Origin: Rhynchopus sp. YZ270_cl-10 | Lineage: Eukaryota | Direction: 5' to 3' | Assembly: GCA_964035575.1 (NCBI GenBank) | Contig: OZ037839.1 | Span: 1,674,001-1,738,000 of the forward strand | DNA: 64,000 nt | Shown here: piece by piece, positions 1 through 12,032 of the stretch | Layout: each line of letters opens with the position of its first letter | Numbering within the stretch: the stretch's first letter is position 1 | Made by a program: the position numbers and the translations under genes | Notes under the pieces: generated by a model | Told to the model about the DNA's origin: nothing | Database searches by the model: none | The model's input: the letters and a program-made list of their open reading frames with translations, nothing else

Positions 1-129
1 ATTGTTTTTGTCTATTTTCATCGAAAAATATGGGAAATAAAAGTATCATTTGCACACCCGCATCCTGTGGAAAACCCCATACTATTTCAACCTACTTCAC
101 ATTCAGCAGGGTCACACCCCAGAAGTAAA

Positions 130-3100
130 ATGGACCTGTCCGAGGATGGGGTGGCCGGGTACGGTGTTGATGGAGAGCAGAAGGAAGTGATGGATGGTGC
201 TGGGCAGCGTGCTCCTTCGTCGTGTGGAGAGGCGGGTGGGTGTGCACACAGCACCTCAACCTCCACGTCACCTGAGCCTGTGCGTGCCAGCAGCAACCGT
301 GTCAACCCGTATCTATTCATGGACCCGGAGCGTGCAGCGTCGCCCCACCCAAGCCCGCCCCCTGCGACCACATCATCGCACCAGGTACCGCACGCAGCCC
401 ACCCCCAGAGTGAGGTGGAGGGTGTGTGTGTGGGCAGTGGGGTGGCTGGGGAAGTGATGGATGGTGCTGGGCAGCGTGCGCCTTCGTGTGGAGAGGCGGG
501 TGGGTGTGCACACAGCACCTCAACCTCCACATCACCTGAGCCTGTGCGTGCCAGCAGCAACCGTGTCAACCCGTATCTATTCATGGACCCCGAGCGTGCA
601 GCGTCGCCCCACCCAAGTCCGCCCCCTGAGAAGTCATTGTCACGCTCCTGCCCTTCGTGCGCGTATGTCATATTTTAAAGAAATGCATCATTTCCCCACA
701 CCCTCACAGCTTCAAGAACAAACCTTCGTTGACGCGGTGCATTATGTGCGACAGTGTTTTGGCAGAGCGGCGAAGGTCCTCTTCTCACAGCATGCATGGT
801 ACCGACGCTGTGGACACAACGTGCAACGGCTGTCCAACCACATCACCACCACCGCCACCGCCACCACCACCCTCCTCCGCTGTTATCCCTGTCACCAACG
901 ACTGGCCTTCCTTTCCCTCTACAGTTGCGTGGCTTGAGGGTGTGTGTGGATGCGAGCTTGATGTCTCGGATGTAGTCACTACCACACCATCACTGTCTCT
1001 GGAGGAAGGCGACGTGCACCCTGCGGTGATGTGCAGTGCGGACGGCGACGTCGTGCTTGGTGTCGGGGATACAGTCAGAACAAAGCCGTACAGCGCACAG
1101 CTTCTGCATCAACGCTGCGGGTGGGCGCGCAGCATGGCTGTGTTCTGCGGACGGGAGGGCACGATTGAGAGGCTGCAGGTCAATGAGGACCGTGCTCAGG
1201 TTCTGCTTGCGTTCGTTGGATGCGAGATCGACCCTGCGTACACGGTTAACGGACGGCGCGACGTCTGCTGGTTCGACTACGAAAGCCTCGACTGCCGCGC
1301 AGGGACACGCCTCCCCACACCACCCGGTGGATGGTACGAACGGCTCCTGCGCTTCCCCTTCGCTGTGGGCGACTCTGTGCGTGTACAGCCGTACTGCGAC
1401 GCAATGCGAGCCATGCGCTGTGGGTGGGACACATCTGCACGCGACACTGCCGGCCAGGTCGGCACCATCGTATGCGTCTTCATCACCGCCGCCGCCGCCC
1501 AGGTGCAACTTTCCTTCTCAACAACCTCAGGCTGGCGCCAGGTCTGGTGGGACCTAGAGTACCTTGAAATCCCTGCATACCGTGTCAAGCAGGCGCATAC
1601 TACAATGACAGGGTTCTGTAAGGGTACTGTGACCATCAAAGCAAGCAGTGTGCGCAGCTGCCCGCGGCACCATTCATGTGAATGGGTGCGCAACCCATAC
1701 TCTAGCCGGGGCTGTGCGACTGTTGAGTGTGAGGGCTGTGGCCACAGCGTCACGGACAGAGCGGTGCTGCACTGCGACACATGCGACTTCGATCTGTGTG
1801 AGGACTGCGCTGCAGACACGAAAGTCATTTCGCGCGCCACCGACGCGCTCACCGCGATGTCCTGCCTCATCCGTGTAGGCGACATACCCGAACCATGGCT
1901 GCCCCCACTCACCAAGGCGCTTGAGAAGAACGCATACGGCCACGTTGCCCTGCGTCGCATCGTCCTCGAGGATGGGCGTGACGCGGTGCACCTCTGCACG
2001 ACAGGTGATGTACGGTACATTGCCGCTGTGCTTGAAGGGGTGATGCTGTGCAGCATCCACGGCAGCGAGGAGACAGCAGCAGGCACGCCATTGGTCAACC
2101 AGGTGGGCTCTGTCGATGCCAGCATCCTGGCTGCAATCGAGCGGTCGTTTCGATGCACCGTTGTGCTGCCACCATGCGACGTCGACAGCGGGACGGTGAT
2201 GCTGCTCTGTCCCAGCACAGAGCGTGCAGGCGCCGCAGGCAAGCTAGTATGGTACTGTTCTGCACGGCGTGTGGTGCTGCGCATCGACCCTTCCGAGCGT
2301 GGTGTCGTGCAACGCAAGGTGTCAGAGATCCGCGAGCACGCGAAATGCCATGTCTCCTTGGAACACGGCACGCTGGTGAAGCTCTTTGGCCTGCCCAATG
2401 CAGTGCGGGCGACACGCTCTGCTATCGACGTGCTGCTGAAGGCGCATCGCGCTGCGACACAGCGGGATCGTGTAGACAAGGCGATGGCGGGTGTTGTGTC
2501 GTCGCTCTGTGAGGTGCGTGTGTCTGTGCCCATCTCCGCAGCACTGCAGGCCGTGCTGTCGCAGCTGCACGAGCCTGCGCCGCAAAACGCTACCACAGCC
2601 GCAGTGCCGCCGAAGCGTGCGCAGCCGGACAACATCCCACACCTCCGCCAGCAGATCCACGCAGAGCTCACACAGCTCCAGCAGACCGGCACCACTGAGC
2701 TCCTCCGCGTCGGTGCCCTGCGCAAGCCGCTCCAGCTCCCTGGCAACGTTGCCGGCATGCGGGCCTTCCTCCTCGGTGAACGCGTCGTCCGCGGACACGA
2801 CTGGGCTTGGGACGACCAGGACGGTGGTGTCGGCCAGATCGGCCGCGTGTTCGACTTCCCCGTACGCCATGAGATGACGGAAGGAGGCCTTGTGGATGGG
2901 TGGGTCTCTGTCGAATGGGCGAACCGCTCGCGTTTCAACTACCGTGTCGGCTCGCAGCAGGACGTTGTGCATGCGACGCACGAAGGCGAGCAGACACATG
3001 ACGAAGGAAACTACTCCGAAGAGCTGCCACAGCGCCTCACGCAACACCGCCAGGCACACATCTACTTAGCGAATGCGGTCGGCACACTGCGGGTACAGCA

Positions 3101-5201
3101 CCAACAACTGCTGCTTGATGTGGACCAGGGGCACAGCGTCTCGCAGGGCACACGGCGTGATGCGCTGCAGCAACGTCTGCACCAGGCGACCCGCGACAAG
3201 GCACGTCTTGAGCACTCTGTGCAGGGGTGCCTTGCGTCGCTCTCACGCGAGACAGAACGGACGCGGCAGACCCTGGGGCGCGTGGAGGTGGATCTGGGGA
3301 GTGGCGTCGACGTGGCCCCTGTGCGCGAGGCGTCTCCTCCACTGTCGGGCCTACAGCTGCAGGGCACTGCGGACATGCTGACACAGCACCTCGAGAGTCT
3401 TCGTGGCCTGCGCACACAACTCCAACGGCATAGCGGTGCAGTGTGCAGCAGGCTTGCCGAGCATGCGACGGAACTCCGCCGCGTCCTTGGGGAGGAGATA
3501 CGACGCCAACGCTTTTCGGGGTGGGACATCATCCTCCGCGTCATGCAGGAAACAAACGCGCTCATCCAATACCATGCGGGGGACAACAAGCTGGTTCTGA
3601 CTGGCGGCGAGAGCGCAGTGTCGGACGCGAAGGCACAGCTGCGGTCCTACACGGTGAAGGACCTCTACGCGTTGTCACGACTCCACGCGACCGTTCCCGT
3701 CACACCCGCACAGCACACACAGCTGACACACCTGCAACGTCTTCTCTGCCGCATCATCGTCGAAACCACTGGTGTCGAATCCGCCCTCCCCGAGCAGCAC
3801 AACGACACACACCACCTCCGCCTCGAAGGCACACGAGCACAGATCGAACGCGCCGTACATCTCCTCAGCAGCCGCCTAGCCTGCACCCCGCCCCTTGGCA
3901 GCGCGGACATCATTTGGGAGCAGGCCGAGATGGAGGCATCATCGCTGACAGCATCGTTGGTGTGCACGGAGACAGACGAAGTAGCGTTGGGCAGTCTCTG
4001 CGCTGCGTGCACGGACCCCTTGACGTCGGAGAACACCCTGCAGCTGTTGTGCGGACACCGTGCGATGTGTGCCTCCTGCCTGCGGCAGTGGGTGGCAACA
4101 AACCTCTCTGAGCGCCGCCCCGCTACATGCACGGACCCAGAATGCAAACGAATGCTGACAGCAGGCGAATACCGTGCACTCATGCAACACAACGACCCTA
4201 CAGCGGACCCTGCAGTCTGCAACGACTATGAACACATCCTTGCACGCGAGAAGCTCCGCCAGCACACTGTCTCCTGCACGCAATGCGACGGCTTTGCGGT
4301 GCGTGACGAGGCAGGTTGTCTGGCACCTATCGCATGCGCCGATTGCGGGAGCATGCTGTGTGCACGCCCTGGATGTGGCGACGCGCACTTCTTCCTCGAC
4401 TGCGACGAAGTTGCCTCTGCACGCAAGGCCATGCTCCTCCGCAGACGTGCACGCAGCACCGACGTTGCAGACATCAACCTCAAGCTCCAGCAGCTGGAGG
4501 AGGCTTCCCTCACCCAAGGCGTCTTGCAAAGCGAGATGCGTGGTGACGGCGCCACCCGCCCCTGCCCCGCCTGCGGCGCCCTGGTGCACAAAGACGGAGG
4601 CTGCGACAGCATGCGCTGCAGCTGTGGACAACAGTTCTGCCACCTCTGCCTCTCCACAACCTGCACTCTCGTCGAAGCCTCCGGAGTCAAAACACCATGC
4701 CAGCCCGAACGGCTCTCAGAACGCATCCACACTGCGCTGGCATCACACCGTGGCACCGTTGTGTTCGAACGGTGGACACATTGTGACGTCTGCGATTGCT
4801 ATCCTGTCGCGCTCGAGAAGCGCCTCTTCGCCTGCACAACCTGCCTCAATTGGTACGTCTGTGAGTCCTGCGAATCTGCAGGTCTAGCCGACACCGCGCA
4901 CCCCTCCACCCACCTCCTGGTCGAAATTGACAAAGCTCCCGAGACTCAGTTTGTCTGTACCGACCCTCCTCCGCCAGGGCCCGACTACGAGTTGGATTGG
5001 AGTGCGATCAAAGCAGGGTGTGGTACCCTTAAGACGCAAGCATCCTTTGGAACAGCAAGCCCCAGAAGGGGTACGTTGTCAGACGTCGAGGTTGAGGAGT
5101 CGGTGTCGATTTTGATTGAACCTATCACGCCGCTGGACACAGCGCTGCAGGTGTCGGATGCGGTGCGGTTCGAGTTTGCGCATGTAGAGCAGCAGTTGTA
5201 A
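130..5201 (+). CDS. Multidomain RBR-type E3 ubiquitin ligase (NZF finger, MIB/SH3-like repeats, ZZ-like finger, KH-like domains, MIB/HERC2, coiled coil, RING1-IBR-RING2, C-terminal ZZ); exons 130-662 and 710-5201, about 1674 aa
   Basis: Splicing GT(663)..AG(709) joins ORFs 67..678 and 657..5201 in frame and creates CPSCAFKNKPSLTRCIMC (C-x2-C-x3-N-x6-C-x2-C, RanBP2/NZF type). MIB/HERC2 motif GERVVRGHDWAWDDQDGG..G.V..WVSVEW...RFNYRVG. RING2 CPACGALVHKDGGCDSMRCSCGQQFCHLC with the catalytic Cys position. Terminal HCDVC..CTTC..CESC ZZ pattern. Confidence 0.85.
184..627 (+). repeat. Internal direct duplication of about 180 bp (184-363 and 451-627) in the ligase N-terminus
   Basis: EVMDGAGQRAPS..CGEAGGCAHSTSTSTSPEPVRASSNRVNPYLFMDPERAASPHPSPPP occurs twice, near-identical at DNA level. 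Confidence 0.95.
663..709 (+). other. 47-nt GT-AG intron
   Basis: GTATGT donor and ccccacaccctcacAG acceptor; removal restores frame and a perfect zinc-finger motif. Confidence 0.85.
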
Positions 5202-5945
5202 GGAAAGTAGAAGCAATTTTTTTTAGGGAAATAGTGTTTTCTCATCGGGGGGGAATAGAAGGGAGTGTAGAAATCATTGAGGGAGGGGAGGTGGGTGGCG
5301 GGGGACTCCTGTGTGGTGTGGTGTGTTGGTGAAATGGTTCTTTGAAGATAAAAGTGAGGAGAGAGGTAGATTTTAAAAAAATGGAAAAGTGGAGAATGCA
5401 CAAAACCTGTGGCAACACAAACCGAGGCAACTGCACTACTCCAACAATTTAGCAAAAGAAAAAATAAGATTTGTGCAGTACCACTGCACGGAGGGGGGGA
5501 CGAAGGGTATTATAGTTGGTTTTTTGTTTTTTTTAGAGTTATTCAAAATGGCAAGAAAAAAAAAAATTGGGCGACATTGAGTACAGATCCTGCACTAGCA
5601 GGTGATTGTCGACACAAAAACAGCCCACCCATTTATTTGCATTTTTTGAGATCCGTGGGGGACCGCGATGACATTTTTTTCCTTACAGCGTTCCGCTTTG
5701 TCATTCCCCCATTTCAGAGCAAACTTTAGTTTTCGCTGTGCTACATTTTTTTGTCGGGATTCCAGTGATAGCCCCCATTCCACTGACCGACACCAACCAC
5801 CCCCACAGAGGAATGCCTAATAATAACGTGGTGGTAAAGAGCGAAATGGAGCTGTGTGTGAAGAGCCATGACGAAGGGGTATATGCACCTGCCCTCCTCC
5901 TTCTCAACACTTACCCCACAACAGAGCAACACTTCACTCGAAACA

Positions 5946-7213
5946 ATGGAACTGACTATCCAGGGCTTGGGGAAGGACTTCGTGATTGAGGGGGTGAGAA
6001 GGACACAACGGAGACGATGCGGCAGAAGGTGGCGTCTGCAACAGGGTTGGCTGAGGACAGCTTTCATATGGGCTTCGGAGGGAAGGAGGAAGGAGAGGAC
6101 ATCACAGAACTGAGTGCTGGAGACACAATATTTCTGGCGAAGTCGACGAAGTACCTTGCTGTTGAGGCACTTCGTGCCTTGGGCGAGACAGACATTTCCG
6201 AAGCGAGGTTGGCGACTGTGGAGGATCCTGAGGTGGCTTCTCTGCTTCTTCAGGCGGAGGTTGCGACTGTTATTCCTATGAAGTTCTTGTTTAACTCAAC
6301 ACTTACGAGACTGGATTTGAGTTATGCCACGTGTCTGCGTGAAATTGGCGACATGTTTCTTTACCACTGCACGGCGTTGCGTGAGGTGGACTTTTCAGGG
6401 TTGGGCGGTGTCACGAAAATCGGGAACAGCTTTCTTCATCATTGCGCGACCTTGCCGGCTGTGGATCTTTCAGCAATGCAGAGCACAACGGAGGTGGGCA
6501 AATCTTTTCTTTTCCATTGCGACGAGCTGACTGCCGTTGACCTCTCAGGGTTCAACAACGTCACGGAGATCAAGGAGCGGTTTCTTTGTAGCAACAAGAA
6601 GTTGGCGGCACTCGATATTTCAGCGCTAAGCAATGTAACGAAGGTGGGCCACAGCTTTCTGTCGCACTGCTCTGCGTTGCAGACCTTTGATCCGTCCCCG
6701 CTGAGGAATGTTGCGAAGATTACGCACCACTTTATGTCTTCTTGCTCAGGGCTAACGTCTCTGGATTTGACTCCGTTCAGTGGTGTCACAGAGATTGCAG
6801 CACAATTTCTCTTTGGGAACAGAAGGTTGACGGAGATCGACTTAACGCCGTTGAGAGGCGTCACGAGGATAGGCGATGGGTTCCTGGAGTTCTGTACAGC
6901 GCTGACGGCAGTAGACCTGTCAGGGTTGACCGCGGTCAAGAGGATTGGAGAGAAATTTATGTCCCGTTGCCAATGTTTGCGGACAGTGGATGTGGCGGCA
7001 TTGGGTTGTGTCAAGAAAATAGGTAGTGGGTTCCTCCAGGATTGCAAATACCTGACGGAAGCGGACCTGTCAGCGCTGACCAATGTCACGGAGGTCGGGG
7101 AAGGCTTGCTGTCAGGGTGCACTGCGCTGACAATCCTCAACCTCTCCGGGAGCACCGCCGTCGTGCAGGAGGCCGCACCGGACCTGGAAGACAACACCCT
7201 TTCAGAGGAGTAA
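5946..7213 (+). CDS. UBL-header + BspA/LRR_5-like leucine-rich repeat protein, divergent copy 1; 1-bp frameshift near 5991 (pseudogene, downstream ATG 6017, or sequence error)
   Basis: MELTIQGLGKDFVIE at 5946 matches the paralogs. gagggggtgagaag here versus gaggtgggtgagaag in paralogs (one T missing). 25-aa LRRs of the type LxxVDLSxLxxVTxIGxxFLxxC. Confidence 0.8.
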
Positions 7214-7421
7214 CGACTACACCCTTTCCCCACCCTCTAACCCCAAAAACTGAAGAAAAAATGCGGACACACAAGGGCACCCTTTTAAACAGACCACAAA
7301 TTCCCTCTTTGTTTCCCCTCAGTGTGCCTCCCCATGCCTTCTCTCACTTCCATCAGGCTTCTCTTTATTGCCTTTTTTTATCTTTCTTCTTTCCCTAACT
7401 TTACCATCTTGGTTGCACTAA

Positions 7422-8405
7422 ATGGATATTATAGTCCGCGATGGGTTGCAGTGTGGTGAGGTTATGGTGGAAGAGGACACGACGTTGTCTGGGCTTCTCT
7501 CGCTTGCACGCGATGCCTTATCTTCAGATGCCATCACAGGTCTCATCCACACCGAGTCTGGCACCGAACTGACCGAAGACAGCGACACAAAAATTCTTTC
7601 TTCCGGAGACACACTTGACGCCATTCTCGACTCCACTACAGTACAAACCGCGCAACTCCGCATGCTCGGCTACGAAGCCACACGCGAAAGCTTCCGCCAC
7701 GCAACCACCTCCGCCGACGCGGACGCAACAGTGTTCCGTCTTTTTGCATCTCTCGGCTTTAATTTTTCCCCAGCCTCATCGGTTGTTGAACGAAAATTTG
7801 CAAACGACCCTGAAACTCTCGCTCATTTACAACGTCACGGACAAAAATATCATGCCCCATTTTGGGTGAAGTACCCACAATGCGCTTTAGCTTATGCAGA
7901 GACGGCAGCTAACATCGATGAGCCGATTTGGGGTGATGAGGGCCAGTTTCCTGCGGTGTTTATTGCTATTCATTGTCGTTGCAGCCGGAGTGTTGCGGTG
8001 TTGCTGGCACATGGTGCGGACCCACTGCAACGTGCCCCTTTAATTGAGGAGAGAGCGTTGCGGGAAGGCTCTGGCCTACTATTCCATGCTGCCGCCAGCG
8101 GAAGCGCAGTTACCGCTGCATTGCTCATCACAAAATATGGGCTGGACGTAAATGAAGTGGGCCCTGCAGGTGAAACACCCCTCCACGTCGCCTGTCGACA
8201 TGGAAATGCTAAGACAGTAGAAACCCTGCTCCGTCACGGTGCGGATCCGCGCTGCAAAGATGCTGGTGGCTGCCGGCCGCGCCAAAGAATTTCCATCATA
8301 AACCAGGATGCATGCGCTGCAGCGCTCGCTGTTGGACTCAAAAGACGAACCAGGGTTTCCCTTTCCAAAGAAGTGCGTCTCGGAAGAAATGTTCTGAAAC
8401 GGTGA
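7422..8405 (+). CDS. UBL-like header + ankyrin repeat protein (327 aa)
   Basis: Ankyrin motifs (GETPLHVACRHGNAKTVETLLRHGADP; LLFHAAASGS). N-terminal 70 aa end in ..SSGDTLDAI like the other UBL headers. Confidence 0.8.
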   Translation: MDIIVRDGLQCGEVMVEEDTTLSGLLSLARDALSSDAITGLIHTESGTELTEDSDTKILSSGDTLDAILDSTTVQTAQLRMLGYEATRESFRHATTSADADATVFRLFASLGFNFSPASSVVERKFANDPETLAHLQRHGQKYHAPFWVKYPQCALAYAETAANIDEPIWGDEGQFPAVFIAIHCRCSRSVAVLLAHGADPLQRAPLIEERALREGSGLLFHAAASGSAVTAALLITKYGLDVNEVGPAGETPLHVACRHGNAKTVETLLRHGADPRCKDAGGCRPRQRISIINQDACAAALAVGLKRRTRVSLSKEVRLGRNVLKR

Positions 8406-9589
8406 GAGGAGTTTCAAAAAAAAAAAAAAAACTGTTTTGAAAAGAAAATGGATGTAGGTACCAACGCACTCTCTAGCAAAAGTGTGTGTGTTTTTTTTAT
8501 AGGTCTTTTAAAAGATGTGTGTACACGAGAGAGAGGGAGAGAGACAGACACCATCTGACAATGTTTTGTGTTATTTGAAAAGACTAAGCACAGAGAGGGC
8601 TTAGGTTTTAATCGTACCCCCTTTTTTTTTGTTTGCGCATGCCTTGTATCTGCCTTGCTGCACGGCATCAAAATTTACTTAGGTGGCTAAGCAGTGAGAG
8701 GCTTAGGTTCATCTTATAAATCCTTTATCTTTACTTTTCAACTGCGAGACCAGCGGGCGTCATTCCTTACCCAAAAAAGCTCAGCTTCCAAAAACCAAAA
8801 GAAGCAAGTTTTTTGCCCAGCCTATCCTAACCTTTCATTTTTTCAAGGTGACTAAGCATGAGAGGCTTAGGTTCATCTTAGTTTTTCTTTTCCTCCCACC
8901 TCGAAATATAAAAAAAAGCAATGACAGAAATGTCAGCGAGGCTCCCCATTGCAAAAAAAAAAAAAAAAGCAAAAAATACAAAAAGTCATACACTTGGACA
9001 CCCCCTTCCGTTGTTGTCTTACCCTTCTTTATACCCCCGATAATTGTGATTTTCATTATTGATCACTCACATGACTTCTTCTTGTTTCTCATTAATATTT
9101 TCCAGCAGCATCTCAGGCACAGCTCGACTAGTGTTGGTCGTTATTTTGCATTTGCATGCCCCCGTGCAGAACTTCGAGACTCCTCAAACTATAATCTGTG
9201 TCAGCGATGGTATGGAGACGCTCAACATGCAAAAACAAATGCTACACAATGTCATGCTTCCCGAACCATCACACCACCATACACCCCACAAGAACCACAC
9301 CCCCCCATTAGGGGCGTCAGCCTAGGGGGTTTTTCTGTCACAAAACCATTTTTTTTGAGGCCCCATTTTCGCATACTTTGCGAGCGGAAAGTGTCAACGT
9401 CGTTGACTCATCCCCCAACCGTGCTCCGCAACACCACCCCTACAGGATATTAGTGTGTAGAAGCGTCAACACATCAAACAACTATAAGGGGTGAGGGGAA
9501 CGACAACGCGCCTTTCTTTTTTCTGAATCTGTTGGACTGCTGTTGGTCTGCACCGTGCACTTTTTTCTAATCTTTCTCCTAGGGGCGAT

Positions 9590-11653
9590 ATGCGGTTTGC
9601 GCGTTTAGTGAGTTATGTGCGTGATGCGCTGACGATAGATGGCACCCTCAGCGCGACAGAGACAGGTCGACGCCGGGAGTTCCTCTCCATGGCGGTATGC
9701 GCGTTTGTGTTGCTGCTGATCGGGGGATCTGGGAGGCAGGGGTGGACGCACCAGGTCGTTTCCTCTGTCGTCTTCGTTGTGGTTCTTGCGACACTTGCCG
9801 TCAGCATCGTCTTTGTGCTCTGCAAACGGCCGCTCAGCACGAAGGCGATTCTCACCTTTGGCGGTATAGTCACCACATCTATTCTTATCGCAGATCTCAA
9901 CGCACGCACAATACAATATGAGTGGTGGCCGATGTTGGTGCTCTGTGTCGACTATCTGCTGGTCATGAGGGTGCATGAGAGGTACAGCTTGTATGTGGTG
10001 TGTGTAACGGTCCTGTGGTTGGTGTTGATGTCGTGCGAAGAGAGTTACAGGTTTGGGCTGCTCGACCTGCCGGGTCTATTGGTGCAAGAAGGAAAGAAGG
10101 GGCGGAAAGAGTACTTCAGGCGTATGACAGAGTGCGAGGCACCGCCGTGCGCGATGGGGTTTCCACCAAAGTCGAGTTTGATCTCGATCACCGTGCTGGT
10201 GCTTGACTTCATTGCAACGAGGGGCTTCGCGCGGACGGTGCTGGCGGAGCAGGCATCAATGGAGCGTACGATCGACACCGTGCACGACATCGCAGTGCTG
10301 CTAGCCAGCTACGACACGCAAGGTGTGGCCGACATGCTCCTCGCCAAGGAGGGCCAGCTCCCAGGCAAGATGCATCGTACGCTCGGTACAATGGAGCAGA
10401 ACCTCCGTAAATACCGTCCCTACCTGCCGGCAGCGCTGTTCGAGGTGGACGAGGAGAGCCCAGGAAGGGGTGTAAGTGTCGTCTCCATGCCTCCAGGTGC
10501 CGACAGCGGTGAGGCGACTCTCGTGTTCACAGACATCTGTGCGTCGACGCAGGTGTGGGAGTGTGCCCCCGAGGGGATGCGTGCCGGGCTGCGTATCCAC
10601 AACGCAGTGGTGCGAGGCGTGATGGAGACGTTCGGTGGCTACGAGGTGAAGACCATCGGGGATGCCTTCATGGTTGCCTTTGCGTCGACGATGGACGGGG
10701 TGGGGTTTGCGCTGCGTGTGCAGGAGCTTCTCTTTGAAGCAGAGTGGCCGCCATCGCTGCTCGACACGGTGATGTGCGCAGAGCAAGACCTCCTATGGTG
10801 CGGCTTGAACGTGCGCATCGGTGTGAACAGTGGCCCTGTCACCGTGGAGCACAATACTCTGACGGGACGCGCCGATTACTTCGGACACACAGTGAACGTT
10901 GCGTCGCGCCTTGAGAGCACCTGTGTGCCTGGTGCTGTGGCTGTGCCCTCCGAGCTGTGGGTGTCTGCCTGCACGTCGTGCGAAGCTGTGCTCGGACAGG
11001 CCGAGGCGCTTGACCTAAAAGGCGTGTCCGGTACTACCTTCGTGCACTGCGTATGGCCTACGTCCCTGGCTGGACGCAGACACGCGCCCCTCAGGGGGCG
11101 GAGGTGCACCGACAACCAGGTGTTGGAGTCCGATTCGAATTCGCTGTCGCTCCTCGCGCCGACCTTTGCACGGCAGACGTCGGGGACTGTGGGCGTTGCA
11201 GAGATTGCCGCTGCAGACAAGGACAGCGTCGTTGTGCTGCATACCATGAGCACGGCGCTGTCTGCTGTGACAGTGGCGCTGGACCAGTGTGGTGGTGTCG
11301 TGGTGTCGCTGTTCGCGAACTATGTGTGTTTTGGTTGGAACCTTTCCCGCTCGGCGCCTGCACATATGGAGAGCGCTGTCCGGTTTGCACAACGCACACG
11401 CAGCACACCCTCCGTGTCCGGGACGGGCATAGTTAGTGGTGACCTACAACACGGGGACGTGGCAGCACGTCGTCAGCGTTTTGTCACTGTCGTGGGCTCC
11501 ATTGTGGACCGGAGCTGGGATCTGTGCCAGGCTGCTGTTCGCCGTGGTATTCCCTGCCTCTACGCGCCTCCACACGGTGCTGTCTTACCTTTCTCCCTAG
11601 AACACGAGCTGTCGCCCGATTCACAGCACCCTGGTGTGTACAGCGTTAAGTAA
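9590..11653 (+). CDS. Multi-pass membrane class III adenylate cyclase with a second, degenerate C-terminal cyclase-like domain (687 aa)
   Basis: About 6 hydrophobic segments, then VFTDI, YEVKTIGDAFM, VRIGVNSG and DYFGHTVNVASRLE. Both metal Asp, the ATP-specifying Lys/Asp and the transition-state Asn/Arg are present. Confidence 0.9.
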   Translation: MRFARLVSYVRDALTIDGTLSATETGRRREFLSMAVCAFVLLLIGGSGRQGWTHQVVSSVVFVVVLATLAVSIVFVLCKRPLSTKAILTFGGIVTTSILIADLNARTIQYEWWPMLVLCVDYLLVMRVHERYSLYVVCVTVLWLVLMSCEESYRFGLLDLPGLLVQEGKKGRKEYFRRMTECEAPPCAMGFPPKSSLISITVLVLDFIATRGFARTVLAEQASMERTIDTVHDIAVLLASYDTQGVADMLLAKEGQLPGKMHRTLGTMEQNLRKYRPYLPAALFEVDEESPGRGVSVVSMPPGADSGEATLVFTDICASTQVWECAPEGMRAGLRIHNAVVRGVMETFGGYEVKTIGDAFMVAFASTMDGVGFALRVQELLFEAEWPPSLLDTVMCAEQDLLWCGLNVRIGVNSGPVTVEHNTLTGRADYFGHTVNVASRLESTCVPGAVAVPSELWVSACTSCEAVLGQAEALDLKGVSGTTFVHCVWPTSLAGRRHAPLRGRRCTDNQVLESDSNSLSLLAPTFARQTSGTVGVAEIAAADKDSVVVLHTMSTALSAVTVALDQCGGVVVSLFANYVCFGWNLSRSAPAHMESAVRFAQRTRSTPSVSGTGIVSGDLQHGDVAARRQRFVTVVGSIVDRSWDLCQAAVRRGIPCLYAPPHGAVLPFSLEHELSPDSQHPGVYSVK

Positions 11654-12032
11654 CCCCCCATCGCCTCAATCCATTCAGTTCGACTTCTTTTACAAGAAAT
11701 TGAATTCCAAAGACCCGACACTGTTTCTGCAGCGTTCGGAAGCATTAAAAAAGGTACCCCGTATTCCTAGACCGGCCCCCGTTGAAGCTATAGTAGACGA
11801 GCCCTCACTAGAAATCAGGAAAAAAAAAATCCCCCTGCGGAAAAAAAGAAAAAACATTTCTGTTCCCGCCTACTCCCGTCTCCAATTCAAAGGGCCTCCG
11901 GTCCGCAGGTGCTCCTGCATTGATTGCAAACGCCACCTGGTGGTCTAAACGGCTTGGTTCCATGGTGGGAACCGCCTGTGCTTTTCCTTACCCAACAACC
12001 CACCCGCAGAGATACATCAAGAGACACATAAA

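Noticed and set aside
1277..2938. Long minus-strand ORFs (also 37500-38837, 43319-44656, 48948-50150)
   Set aside because: Antisense shadows of GC-rich + strand genes with no recognisable motifs.
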